In this document: one piece after another, positions 12,154 to 24,008 of the stretch | Position numbering within the stretch: the stretch's first letter is position 1 | How the letters are laid out: every line of letters starts with the position of its first letter | Source of the DNA: Dimorphilus gyrociliatus | Taxonomy: Eukaryota; Animalia; Annelida | Direction: 5' to 3' | NCBI GenBank assembly: GCA_904063045.1 | Contig: CAJFCJ010000095.1 | Coordinates: 42,866 to 106,468 of the forward strand | Length of the DNA stretch: 63,603 bases | Program-made: the position numbers and the translations under genes | The notes under the pieces: model-generated | What the model was told of the DNA's origin: nothing | Databases searched by the model: none | The model's input: only the letters and a program-made list of their open reading frames with translations

Positions 12154-12760
12154 TTATATTAAAGAGAAATAATCTTTAGTGAATAATTGAGTTTTGTAAA
12201 AATAGTTGGTTTCATTGTAAAATATTGTATTTATTGTAAAATTATCATCCAAATTATGACCAAAGACATCAACTTTGCATACAATCAGAGCTTCTTTGTT
12301 GGTATTTGAGATTTTAATTGTTGATAAATAACGACCAACTGTTGATTTTGGACATCTTATTGTTGTATACAGTGGCAACTGTCCATCGTAATAGCCGCAG
12401 TTTAATGATGATTGTGATGTAGGAATCTCATTGTCAGTGGAAACAGTTACACCAAGATTCTTTAATCTTTCACTAAACAGTGAACCTCTTCCAATTATTG
12501 TTACTGCAAAAATAACACTCATTTTCTCTAGATCAAACTTCCACCATGGTTCAGTTTCATCTCCTGAATGGATGCAATAGAGACCATTATTTTGAAATAA
12601 TGAACAAACTTCACCATCAATAGCATTTGAAGCTTTTGCAAAACTGTTCTATTTACAACTCACTGATGCTGTCTTATTTTTAGCAATATTATTCAAATTC
12701 CACATTTCCACCTGACATAAAGTTAGTACACCACTTTCATTTCTATAAATTATGATTGAC
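12154..12760 (-). pseudogene. F-type lectin (fucolectin/FTP) domain exon with a premature stop
   Basis: NIAKNKTASVSCK*NSFAKASNAIDG...CIHSGDETEPWWKFDLEKMSVIFAVTIIGRG...CPKSTVGRYL...LIVCKVDVFG. It is preceded by LTLCQVEMW, the end of a previous FTP repeat. Confidence 0.75.
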
Positions 12761-12839
12761 GTTGAGTGAATGGGGTTTTCCGCGATAGTGTATTTTTACC
12801 GATCTAGAACTTAACACACCACCAGCAATTGTTGAGAAT

Positions 12840-13035
12840 TGTTGATATTTACTAAAATCTGGAATTTGGAGACTAGATTTTGGATTGAGAAATGGTTAGG
12901 CAGAAGAAAACAGCAACTGATTTGTACTTAGCAGGGTCTCCTCTAAGGGTTAGGACTAATGGAGAAGGTTAGGTACAGCCAAGGGTTGGGTTAGGGTTGA
13001 ACTACTGGTTCTGAAACAAGCAATTTTTAAATCCC
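12840..13035 (-). mobile_element. Degenerate copy of the telomere-repeat MITE family
   Basis: The reverse complement contains ACCCTAACCC...CCTAACCCTTAGAGGAGACCC...CCTAACCATTTC...AAAATCTA, colinear with the MITEs at 60878 and 61424. No TSD recovered. Confidence 0.65.
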
Positions 13036-13669
13036 AAGCTGACAGTTTAAAAAGTGAACTACCAACTGTTCTATTTGCGTGCTTTATATACATTTCCAAC
13101 GGTTTATTAATTAAAACTTTAGGGTTTACATTGCAATACACTTGTGGAACAATTGATTCTATTTGGACCAGTATTTTGGTGTATTTTTAAATGAGCCATA
13201 CCGACAACTATGGTAGGGACCGGAATGAAATTCATACAATATAAAGTCAACAAAGTACAGATACTGTTATCAGATTGAAAATATCATACTTTGGAACCTT
13301 TAAACAAATATTTTCAATACTGTTATTCAATATTGTATGGTGAAGAATTTCTTCTTAGTACAAATTTCTCATCTTCACAGACATGCTGCCTTAACAATTA
13401 TAATACAAAATATATTCAATTAATCATTGAATTGAAACATTGAAAATTCGAAGTATTAATGTAGTGTATTGGATGTTTATTACAGTCATCAAGCACTTTG
13501 AAGAACAAAAACTTTAAGGCAGGAGTTTTTCAGAATTTTCGTATACAGGATAATCTGGGTTTAAAGCTATATAAAACCTTTTTCAAGTCTGATTGTATAA
13601 ACTGTATATTAGATAGAGAATGAAACAGTAGCTCCATCTGTTGAAATAGAATAATTTGAAAGAACAAAT

Positions 13670-13801
13670 ATCAAGTTTAAACAACCAGTTAACGGTTAAA
13701 GAACTGAACTGACAAGCTGGGGAAATGTATTTCCTTTTATACATTTACCAAAGCTTCGGTTCAAGTGGTCAAAAGATTATAAAGTTGAAATGTAACAGTC
13801 T
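13670..13801 (-). mobile_element. LTR fragment
   Basis: Reverse complement of about 753-880 (GGGGAAATGTATTTCCTTTTATACATTTACCAAAGCTT core); also overlaps the gypsy LTR segment near 29470-29511. Confidence 0.75.
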
Positions 13802-14039
13802 TAACATATAACAAAGACATGAAAAACTACTGCATCACTTATGGCTAACATGTGGTACTGCAAAAACAAGCCTACCTCTTCCGCAACTGTTTTTGAATAA
13901 GATGTAACAAGTTTGACATGCATTTTTTCTATATTGTTTGTTCCATTGTAAATTCAAAGAATCTGTTTCCAATGAAATAAAGGTCTTTTTAAAGTTCTAG
14001 AATCTAATTTTACTAAATAAAACTCTTTCTATAGTTCCC

Positions 14040-14230
14040 CCATTATGTTTGTCCAGATGATGTGGGCCATTTAATGAAAATCTTGATTCATCTGAGAATA
14101 TAACTTTCTGACATTCAATTTGGCTCTGGACAAATCCCCCTAAAACATCTTATCTTGTGCGTTTTGTTCTTGTTCACAGAGGCCACACTTTTGGGATATC
14201 TTAATACCTTGCTCCCTGCCCTTTAAAGAT
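14040..14230 (-). mobile_element. Tc1-like transposase remnant
   Basis: KVIFSDESRFSLNGP first-Asp motif of the DDE domain. Confidence 0.7.
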
Positions 14231-14700
14231 CCTTGGAATGGTTTTTTCAAAAATTTCTAGGCTTAGATTTTCTTCATTCTTTTATTCATTTAGTTTTGAT
14301 AATCTTGATTTCCAGTTTTGCCATACACAGTCAACAAAACAATCAAAATTACAAAAAGAAAAAGACAAACTTAACTTTTTTTGAAGAAATAATTAAGCAG
14401 ACACCTGAAAAGTCACAGTGCTGAAATATTGTTTATCCTGGAAAGGAAGAATTTATAATGATCAAATATGAAACTGATTGATATTCTTAGTTCCTTTATA
14501 GAATTTATCCTCTTGTTTTTCAGTTTTATTCCTAAGTGTCTATTCTAAAGTATATATCCTGCCAAAGCCTTTAATACTCTATGGTAATGCATTGAAAACT
14601 TGCTTGTCAAAAGAGATAAAAATTTAAAGGAGCTGAAAAGTTTTTATGAAGAAAACTGGCAAAACACCTTTTATGTTAATCATTCTAAAAGCATTTCTAA

Positions 14701-17700
14701 TCAGTCACAAAATTTAAGCCAAATTTGTCGTAGACTATTTGAAGAAGAATACAATGCATCACAGATAATTCTAAATCCATTTCCAAAACCTCTATTGTTT
14801 GTTAAATTAATATATTCCAATGTTGAGCAGTATTTAAATGTTTCTGCTAGACATTTACCTTGTCCATAATTTAAATTACATCCTTTCAAGTTAATATTTT
14901 TTAAACTATTTACAGAAGATTTGAGCCCATCACATATCTTTTTAAATTCATTTCCCATACACTTATTTTCTGATAAATCAATTTGTTCTAATTTGGAGCA
15001 TTGTTTAAAAGTTTCACCAAGATATTTAGCTTGTTCACTGGATAAATTACAGTTATCAATATTAATTTGTTTCAAGTAGTTTGAAGAAGTTTTTAATCCA
15101 ATACAAATAAACTTAAATCCATTATCCATTTTTTTGTTGTGAGATAAAGTTAGTTTTTCTAATATTGAGCACTGTTTTAATGTTTCTCCAAGACATTTAG
15201 CTTGATTATTGTTTAAATCACATCTGCATAGGTTTATTTCTTTTAATGAATTTGAAGAAGATTTTAGTCCATCACATATCATTTTAAATCCACTTTTCAT
15301 AAATGTATTGTTAGATAGATCAATGTATTGTAAAGATGAGCATAGATTAAATGTTTTCCCTAGACACTTAGATTGATCATCAGTCAAGTCACACAACCCA
15401 AGACAAATTTGTTTTAAACTTGTCGATGAAGATTTCAGACCATCACATATCATTCTAAACCCATTTCCCATTCTTCTATTAAGGAATAAATTAATATTCT
15501 CTAAGGATGAGCATAGTTTAAATGTTTCTCCCAGATAAATAGCTTGAACTTTATTCAAATCACACCATTCAAGTGTAATTGTTTTTAAAGTATTCGAAGA
15601 ATATTTAAGTTCATCACAAATTAATCTAAATCCATTTTCCATATTCCTATTGTTAGATAAGTTGATATTTTCCAGTGATGAGCACCATTTAAATATTTCT
15701 CCTAGATATTTTGCTTGCTCATCATTCAAATGACAAGATTTAAGCTCTATCTGCTTTAAAGAGTTTGAAGAAGATTTGAGTCCATCACACAGTACTTTAA
15801 ATCCATGTCCCATTCTTTTATTGCAGGACAAGTCAATGTGTTTCAATGATGAGCACATTTTTAATGCTTCTCCTAAATGCTTTAATTGCTCATCATTCAA
15901 ATCACACAGCTTAAGTTTGACATATTTTAAATTGTTTGAAGAAGCATATAATCCATCACATAGTATTCTAAATCCATTTCCCATTTCTTTATTCATATGT
16001 AGATTAATGCTTTCCAAAGATGAGCACAATTTAAGTGTTTCTCCTAGATATTTAGCTTGTTCATCATTTAAATCACAAAATTTCAGCCATATCTGCCTTA
16101 AAGAGTTTGAAGAAGATTTGAGTCCATCATACATTAATTTAAATCCATTTTCCTTACTTTTGCTGTTTGATAGATCAATATATTCTAATGAAGAACAATG
16201 TTTAAATGTTTCTCCTAAACATGCATTTTGTTCATCATTTAAATTACACCATTGTAAATAAATTTGTTTTAAATTCTTGGAAGAAGATTTTAATCCTTCA
16301 CACACCATTTTAAATCCATTTCCCATATCTTTATTGTTGGATAAATTAACTTTTTCTAGCATGGAACAATGTTGAAATGTTTCTGCTAGACATTTTGCTT
16401 GTTGGTCATTTAGTTCACACCCATCTAGGCTTATATCTTTTAAACTATTTAAAGAATATTTGAGTCCATAACATATAATTTTAAATCCATTTTTCATTCT
16501 TCTATTTTCAGATAAAGAAATATGTTGTAATGATAAGCAGTATTTAAATGCTTCTCCCAGATTAATGGATTGGTCAGAATTTAAATTACAGCAAGAAAGG
16601 TCAATATGTTTTAGACTTTTTGAAGAATTTTTGAGTCCATCAGTTATCAATTTAAACCCATAACCCATTCTTCTATTTTTAGCTAGACCAATGTATTCTA
16701 ATGAAGAGCAGTGTTGAAGTGTTGTTCCTAAATATATAGATTCTTCATCATTTAAATCACAACAGTTGAAATTTATTTGTTTTAAATTGTTTGCAGAATA
16801 TTTGAGTCCATCACATACTATTTTAAATCCATTTCCCATATTTCTATTAAGAGATATATTGATGTTTTGTAACATTGAGCAATATTTTAATGCTTCACCT
16901 AGATATTCAGCTTGCTCCTGTTTCAAATCACAAGCATTAACATTAATTTGTTTTAAGGAGTTTGAAGAAGACTTGAGTCCATCACATATCATTTTAAAAC
17001 CAATTCCCATATTTACATTGCAGGTTAAATCAATATTTTCTATTGAAGAACATTGCATTAAACTTTTTCCTAAATTGTTTGCCTCTTCAACCTTTAGGTT
17101 GCAATGATGAATGTGAATATTTGTTAAATTGTCTTTAAATGAGTTTATTAACATAAAGTCACTGATTTTTGAATTTAAAAAATTTGATAATGTTAAACTT
17201 TTTATATTGGTACATTTTGAAAGTAGTTCAGGAGTTTGTCTATGTTCTTTTTCAAATTCTGAATATTCAGCAATATCAAAAAATTCCAGTGTTTGGCTTA
17301 CTATTTCAAAAATATCCTCCACAATTTTTTTAAAATTTTTAACCTTTTTAATATTAACAATTTCAACTGGAAAATGCATTATTTTTATAAATTTGTTTTT
17401 TAATGCCAATTTAACAGATGACAAAATGTTTTTATCTACTTTTGTTAGAGCTTCATTATCAATTATTGGTTTGTCAGCAAAACTATTTAAAAAAATACTA
17501 ATCTTTTCACCATTAAATACTTTAATTTTAATAAAATTTGAAATTGAAGTCATCTGACAATTTAATTTAGTATTTGCTTGATTTGTTATAGAGCTACAAC
17601 ATAAATAGTTATAACAATTTTTAAAAAGTTGATCATTTGGATTTATTATTGAACTATTGATTACAACAACTTTTCCAAATGTTGGTAATTCCCTTTTATA

Positions 17701-19887
17701 TTCTAAAATCTTAAAAAAAGGATCCATTTTGTCTCCACAAAGCGTTTTGTTTTCTAGTTTTATCCTAGCCAGAGATTTTTGTTGTTTAATAAAGTTTAAT
17801 GATGATTCTGTGAAAAAAATATCAGAGTTATAAGAAACATCTGTTAAACTTGTGAATGGTCCTCTTCCAAATGTTACTTCTATTATCCAAATATTGTTTT
17901 GTCTATTATTTGAAATGACCAATTTTTCAATATTTCCTCTTGCCAACTTGCTTTTTATCAGAGAATGTTCTCTTTGTATGATTACTTTGTTATTGTGAAT
18001 ATTTAAGCATTGAACATTGGTTGATGATATTAGTAGTAATAAATATTTATAGATTGTATCATATGAAAAGTAAAAACCATCATTCTCTATTGTAATATCT
18101 GCTATCAATGCAGAATATAGGGAAAGTTGCTCCAATAGAAAGGCAATATTTATTTGAGTATTGAAGATATAGATTTCTCTTAAATGATTTCCTCTTTTCT
18201 CAATCAATATGTTTGTTATAGTGTTATTTAAGTGTTCATTTTTTAGAATGATTTTATCTGATATTTCAAAATCTTTAGATAAATAATTTTGAATATTTTC
18301 ACTACAATCAAACATTTTTTGAGCAATTTCAGAAGAAAGTAGAATATTTTGGAAAATTTCTTGTGAATATTGTTGAACAAATTCCAGAGTATTATATATT
18401 TTTATATTGTTAAATTCCATTAAAAGTTCATCTAAACTTTTCTCCTCTTTTAAACCAGTTATCTTCATCAAAATTTTGTGTTTTGGTTTTCTTTCAAACT
18501 GTTTTATTAAATATTTAGCTGAAAAATATTCTTGGAAAGATACATGATAGAGTTGCAACTCTTTTTTGTTCATTTCAGCAGGAGCAATATCAATTATACC
18601 CTTTAAACAATTTTCAACAACTTTTTCATGATTTGTATAAGAATCTAGTATGATTTTACTTTGTGAAAGGTTAATAAAACATAATCTATATATTTCTTCC
18701 ATATCACATTCATCTTCATTTATAGTCTCCAAATTTTTTTCTTTTACTACGCTAACAAAATCTTCGTATATCTGAAATAGAGTTTTATGAAATATATCAC
18801 CTTTTTCCTTCCAAATATAGAAGAGAAGCATTGCTAAAAGTGGTACTTGACATAAATTTTGTATGTTTGAATATCTGTTGACAATATTTTCAATAAATTC
18901 TAAAGCTTTTCTTTGATTGTTTTTTAGAAAACATTTTGTAAAGAATTCTTGAATTTGATGACTATTCCATCCTGTTAATTCAAATGCACTATCACATGTA
19001 CTTATGATTTGTTCCCCTTTCCATTTTCTAGTCCAAATAGCAGTTGGAATATCACAATTCGCTTTGTTGATGATATCAGTGAATTTGTGTGCTGGAAAAT
19101 GAAACTCATCAGCTCCATCTAGTAATAATATAATGTCTTTCTTATTTTCTTTAAATAATAATTCAATGATATGTTCATTGATATATTCAATATTTTGAAA
19201 ATTTTGTCTATAAATCTCCTGGTAAATTGTTGTATCTTTTTCAGCTTTTCTCAAAACAATGAATAAGAACAATTTTTCATTATCAGTATTCCATCTTCTA
19301 TTTGCCCACATATGAATTAAATTTTTCATATGGACACTTTTTCCAATTCCAGGTTCTCCTTGAATTAAAATCTTATTAAAATCTTTATAAAATATATCAA
19401 AGAAATTATTATAATCAATTTCAGAATTGATAAGCTTCAAGTCGATGATATCTGTTTGAATTATTTTTGATATTTTGATTGATGTTACAATATCAGTAAG
19501 TTTAACTTCTTTAGCTTCGCCAAATGGCAAAAGTTTAATTGTAGAGAAATCTTTTCTTCTTTCTTTTTTAGTATCACAGATTAGCCTTTTCCATACATAT
19601 TCTGGATTACTTAAATGGTTAGCCAATTCTCTACAAAAATCATCCATTTGGCCAAGAATATGAATAATATCTATTAACTTGACATTACTCAGATGGCTGA
19701 TAAGCTGTTTGATGGCTAAGTTATGCTCTTTTCTATATTGATAAATCAGTATATCTCTTAAATCATTTTTAATTATCCCTTTGGCAACCAAATGCATACA
19801 AATATGCTTAAATGTAAATGGTTCATTTAGTATTAGCTGTAGTTTTTCAATAAAAAAATTAAAACAAAGTCGATGCATTGAATCCAT
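14701..19887 (-). CDS. NLR-like protein (NLR1): death-fold-like N-terminus, NACHT NTPase, about 29 RI-type LRRs (1728 aa, intronless)
   Basis: Walker A GEPGIGKS; Walker B IILLLDGADE; FYHVSFQEY-like winged-helix motif LYHVSFQEYFSA; about 14 tandem 57-aa (28+29) LRR dyads. The ORF ends abruptly inside a repeat (WLKFCD*). Confidence 0.92.
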   Translation of the reverse strand: MDSMHRLCFNFFIEKLQLILNEPFTFKHICMHLVAKGIIKNDLRDILIYQYRKEHNLAIKQLISHLSNVKLIDIIHILGQMDDFCRELANHLSNPEYVWKRLICDTKKERRKDFSTIKLLPFGEAKEVKLTDIVTSIKISKIIQTDIIDLKLINSEIDYNNFFDIFYKDFNKILIQGEPGIGKSVHMKNLIHMWANRRWNTDNEKLFLFIVLRKAEKDTTIYQEIYRQNFQNIEYINEHIIELLFKENKKDIILLLDGADEFHFPAHKFTDIINKANCDIPTAIWTRKWKGEQIISTCDSAFELTGWNSHQIQEFFTKCFLKNNQRKALEFIENIVNRYSNIQNLCQVPLLAMLLFYIWKEKGDIFHKTLFQIYEDFVSVVKEKNLETINEDECDMEEIYRLCFINLSQSKIILDSYTNHEKVVENCLKGIIDIAPAEMNKKELQLYHVSFQEYFSAKYLIKQFERKPKHKILMKITGLKEEKSLDELLMEFNNIKIYNTLEFVQQYSQEIFQNILLSSEIAQKMFDCSENIQNYLSKDFEISDKIILKNEHLNNTITNILIEKRGNHLREIYIFNTQINIAFLLEQLSLYSALIADITIENDGFYFSYDTIYKYLLLLISSTNVQCLNIHNNKVIIQREHSLIKSKLARGNIEKLVISNNRQNNIWIIEVTFGRGPFTSLTDVSYNSDIFFTESSLNFIKQQKSLARIKLENKTLCGDKMDPFFKILEYKRELPTFGKVVVINSSIINPNDQLFKNCYNYLCCSSITNQANTKLNCQMTSISNFIKIKVFNGEKISIFLNSFADKPIIDNEALTKVDKNILSSVKLALKNKFIKIMHFPVEIVNIKKVKNFKKIVEDIFEIVSQTLEFFDIAEYSEFEKEHRQTPELLSKCTNIKSLTLSNFLNSKISDFMLINSFKDNLTNIHIHHCNLKVEEANNLGKSLMQCSSIENIDLTCNVNMGIGFKMICDGLKSSSNSLKQINVNACDLKQEQAEYLGEALKYCSMLQNINISLNRNMGNGFKIVCDGLKYSANNLKQINFNCCDLNDEESIYLGTTLQHCSSLEYIGLAKNRRMGYGFKLITDGLKNSSKSLKHIDLSCCNLNSDQSINLGEAFKYCLSLQHISLSENRRMKNGFKIICYGLKYSLNSLKDISLDGCELNDQQAKCLAETFQHCSMLEKVNLSNNKDMGNGFKMVCEGLKSSSKNLKQIYLQWCNLNDEQNACLGETFKHCSSLEYIDLSNSKSKENGFKLMYDGLKSSSNSLRQIWLKFCDLNDEQAKYLGETLKLCSSLESINLHMNKEMGNGFRILCDGLYASSNNLKYVKLKLCDLNDEQLKHLGEALKMCSSLKHIDLSCNKRMGHGFKVLCDGLKSSSNSLKQIELKSCHLNDEQAKYLGEIFKWCSSLENINLSNNRNMENGFRLICDELKYSSNTLKTITLEWCDLNKVQAIYLGETFKLCSSLENINLFLNRRMGNGFRMICDGLKSSSTSLKQICLGLCDLTDDQSKCLGKTFNLCSSLQYIDLSNNTFMKSGFKMICDGLKSSSNSLKEINLCRCDLNNNQAKCLGETLKQCSILEKLTLSHNKKMDNGFKFICIGLKTSSNYLKQINIDNCNLSSEQAKYLGETFKQCSKLEQIDLSENKCMGNEFKKICDGLKSSVNSLKNINLKGCNLNYGQGKCLAETFKYCSTLEYINLTNNRGFGNGFRIICDALYSSSNSLRQIWLKFCD

Positions 19888-20423
19888 TTTAAGCTTTTTT
19901 ATTTAAGAGAATATCATATCTCTGATAATAAAAATTCCATAAATTGTAAAAGAATGATAATAATCCAATATTTTGCTGAAAGAGAAAGAAAATGGAAAAT
20001 GTTTAATTCCAAGTCATTCTTTAGATAATACAATATCAATTTAATTCTTCTAAACTATATTTTATTTTATTAATTTTTACTAAAAAATAAAATTCAAATT
20101 CTTAAATTAAATCAACATTAAAAAAAATAAAGATTCCTTGACAATGATAGAAAATTTGATTTTCCTATTTTCTAATTTAATACTTTTTAATAATAAAGAA
20201 ATAAAGTCTTTTTTGTTTTGCAAGACAACTTACATTATTCTCCTTGTGTTTCTTCTATAGAAAATGCAATCAGATCAAAAACAGTCAGAGATTTTTTTAT
20301 TGCATTGTTAAAAAAAATTCTTGATAGATAGTCAAGTATACTTTTTGTCAGTGTTGTCATATTAATGTTAAGTATCTTTCAAATGGCAATGATGTGATTA
20401 AAATCAACAATTTAAAAAAAAAT

Positions 20424-20630
20424 TGTACAACTTTTGTTCTATTTTACATGCTTGAACTGTATTATTTTATGCAACTTATACATGTACATCTTAAAACCTA
20501 CGCAAGAAAATGCAATAACATATGTCTGATTAGTCAGCTTGAAGGCTTATCTTTAATTATCAGTTAAGGTTTGGCCAAGTTATAATTTAATTAACTTCCC
20601 TAAGGTGTGGCCAAGTTATAATTCAATTAA
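20424..20630 (+). mobile_element. 5' (U3) fragment of the second LTR family
   Basis: Starts TGTACAAC and is colinear with the reverse complement of about 54775-54989, including the duplicated GGCCAAGTTATAATT unit. Confidence 0.9.
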
Positions 20631-20904
20631 TCTTTATCCTTTATCAGTGATCTTATTAATATTAATATTATAAAAAAAACAGTTAAATGAATTCCATGAT
20701 TGACATTTGAAATTTTAAAAATAAAGATAAATGTAGATCATATTGTGGATGATATTTTAATACAATATTGACAAAGTAGATTTCTCTTTTTACTTGATTA
20801 AATAGAAATGATGTTATCTAAAAGTTCTACACGTTTTCTGTAATTTTAAAACGGCCTAAGTAATACTATTGATACTTTCCAAATCTATTACTTAATCTGT
20901 AAAC

Positions 20905-21315
20905 TTTCATTTGGTTCTGTCAAGATATTACAAAATTATTTCAGTGCAAACAACTGCAGGTCATGTCTACATGTTCAGATCAGCAAAAAATTATTGCATT
21001 TTTGTCCATGAGAAGGCCTCTTCAAAGAATATTTACACAAGGTTAAAAAGCTATTTTGGGGATGAAACTCTGAGTGAATCTTCAGTAAGAAGATGGGCTA
21101 TTAAAATAAAAAAAGGAAGAAAAAATCCTGAAGACTTGCCAAGATCTAGTCGTCCAAAGACAGCTCTTACAGATCAAAATAAAGAATCAGTTGATAGGCT
21201 TATCAGGGAAGATTGAACCACATCTCAGAGAGCAATTGCCAAAAAATTAGATATTGGTCAACAGGCTGTTGGGAAAATGATTAAGGAGCTGGGGTACAGA
21301 AAAATTTGTGCTAAT
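20905..21315 (+). mobile_element. Mariner-type transposase remnant (N-terminal HTH)
   Basis: KNIYTRLKSYFGDETLSESSVRRWAIKIKKGRKNPEDLPRSSRP...ELGYRKICA. A related copy lies at 59330-59720. Confidence 0.8.
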
Positions 21316-21329
21316 CATCCTCCTTATAT

Positions 21330-22134
21330 TTCATCTCAATTTTCGCCCAAAATAAGAGTCCTTCAATAACTTCATCCTTACATTTTAACAGAGTTTCTGA
21401 ACTAGAAAATATGGTAGAAATTTTACTTGGTTTACTTATAAGATTGTTGTTATTGATTAAATATATATATAGGACTACTTACGAAACAAATGAATGTAGG
21501 AACGAAAATTTATTTGTTATATTCTTTGCTCATAAAAGTGAATTTTTGTCCTTTTTCTTCGGTTGAAACTCTTTGCGTAAACTTTTAAGCCATTTTGAAA
21601 TATGAACTTCCGATACATCTTTCTACAGGAAGAAAGGTAATTATAGAACATTTGACTGATTATCCTTACAAACCTCAATATATTCAATAAATAAACTATT
21701 AGAAAGAAATGCTTCGACAGCACTAAAATTTCCTGAACAGGTAGCCTGAATCTCAAATATATTCGTTAACTTATTCATTAGCTCCTCGTTTACTGGTTTT
21801 GCTTCTTCGTATGATAAATTTTGACTATTGAAATTAGAATATCTTACTTACTATAATTAAATGACAAATAAAGCTAAATAACTATTTACTCCATAACTGT
21901 GTCCAAAAATTGACAAGTAATTGTGATAGCCTCTGATCCTGGGGTATCGCACATATATCCTTTCTTGTAGCATATCTCTTTGTGGAGAATACCTATAAAT
22001 TCAATAATCTCTGCTGCTGTACATTCACACTGATTTTCTAAAGTTCTGAGCTGCTCTGAGAATTTTTTTTTACTATCTTCATTAATCTCAGCCAATGGAG
22101 AATATTCTTTTATTAAATTAATTGCACTTTGCAT
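21330..22134 (-). pseudogene. Degenerate spliced gene of unknown family
   Basis: ORF 21886-22134 plus downstream exon-like frames (KDVSEVHISKWLKSLRKEF, ETLLKCKDEVIEGLLFWAK) containing stops. Confidence 0.35.
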
Positions 22135-22500
22135 TTTTATGTTTTCTATTAGAAAACTCGCTTTAAAACTCTCTCTCTACACTTAACTATTCAACAGAAA
22201 TCACGTTATGGTAGTGTGAATTAACATTAAAGTCTGCATTTTTCATATATATATATATATATAAACCCTAGCGGGGAAAATTAAGTTTAGCATTTGTCAA
22301 TGGTAACTTAACAATTTGTCAATAGAGTTAGCAAATCGTTGTAGAGCAGACAGTAAATTTTAGCTTATAGGCAAATTTTATCAAAATTTCTGTAGTTGCA
22401 TAATTTTTTTCGGTCTAGATTCTCAGGGTTAGAATGTGATTTGTATGACCTGGGAATGTGAATGACAAAAGAAAGTGAATAACCTATAGTGCACTGACTT

Positions 22501-22520
22501 CTCTCTCTCTCTCTCTCTCT
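22501..22520. repeat. (CT)n microsatellite
   Basis: Direct reading. Confidence 0.95.
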
Positions 22521-22849
22521 TACATTACAATGTAAAAGGGTAACGAGGTCGCCAAGTACAGTATTTCTTCTCAACTCTTGTTATAGATTGTTTTCCCTAA
22601 TATTTTATTGTTGTATCCCCTGTTAAGGTGTAGTTCCCATATTTCCCTCAAGGGTTTAGGCTAGGGTGAAGGATTCTTTATGAATTTGAACTACATAGAC
22701 AATACAGACATTTTAATTTCACATGTCAATTGACTAGTCTCCAGAATTTTATCCTTTGAATTTTCATTCCATTCAATAGTATCTTTATCTCCAAAAAACA
22801 ATATCATTTAAAGATACTGTAATCATATCTGAGTAGGCCAAAAATCTTT

Positions 22850-23644
22850 ATAATCACTTTGCGCAAATGCAGCAATATATATGTAATCTTGTGAAGTTGA
22901 CAATTCTATTTCAATACCAAAGGATGTTGGAAGATTTACTCAGAATTTTTAAAAATTATAATATAGCTTTTGTAATGATAAGCCTAACATTTTGCATTTC
23001 TAATAGTTTTTCAATAGAGGGTCTACAATTTTGTATAGATAGTGTTGAGCTAGAACTAGTTCAATTGTTGACATTATTGAATCCTTTTTTGAGATTTTAG
23101 ATCAAAGTTTTCAAGTATCATTACTTAACATATTTGTGTGTTTTTTCCAATGTGAGGAAGTTTTTAATCCATGACATATATTTTTCAATGCACCAAATGT
23201 ATTTTTTATTGATATCATTGAAAATGATTTCAGATTTTTGTAATATTGTAAACATCTGCCAATTTGAAGATAAGTCTCCTTTTTAAGTTTACATTTTTTA
23301 AATTGCAGTATTTGAATATTTGAATATAGAGACAAATTTAACATGTTTTCAAAATTTGATAAATATAAGGAATTTATTGGATGATTTTTCAAAAAATCAA
23401 AATTTTGAATATTAATAAACTTGTTTTGATCTAGAGAGATGTTTGTCAATTGTAGAATTTCATTTGAAAAAAAGCTGACATCATTTCTGCAAAGTGGTTT
23501 ATCATCAGAACAGAACAACTTGAAGATTTTCTCACTTAAAGATGCTGGTAAAATAATAGAGTGTTTCTTATAAATTTTACTCATCAAATACAAATTGTCT
23601 CTTAGGCTATCCAATGGAATTTCTTTCAAAGATTTTATTGACAT
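22850..23644 (-). pseudogene. LRR gene with a ZYG11/ZER1-like N-terminus and NLR1-type LRRs, frameshifted near 23145
   Basis: MSIKSLKEIPLDSL...LPASLSEKIF, then LRRs ending ICHGLKTSS (NLR1 has ICDGLKSSS). Stops occur downstream. Confidence 0.6.
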
Positions 23645-24008
23645 TTTTCAGAAGGATTTTTTAATGCTGTTGATAATAAATATTCTCACTATAAATATCA
23701 TACCAAGCCAGCTGAGAGAATGAGGTGTTTGTTACAATTTATTATACACTACATTTTAGGCCTACATTTTTAATTACACCACTCAAAACCTTAGTTAAAG
23801 TCATAAAAAGAATTTATAGTCATTATAGATAACAGTTGATGAATATAATAATTTTTTAGCCCATTCAGCAATGTAATCACAATAAATTTCTTCATGATAA
23901 TCTTTTTAAGTAATCATAAATCATATATAAATCTAATTTTTGAACATTTTAATGTTATTTATCAACTTTTCCTCTGTATTGTAGATATAGTTTCTATTAC
24001 TTCCTGTT

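Noticed and set aside
14600-19663. Plus-strand ORFs at 14600, 15776, 16766, 17129 and 19475
   Set aside because: Antisense shadows of the repetitive NLR1 coding sequence.
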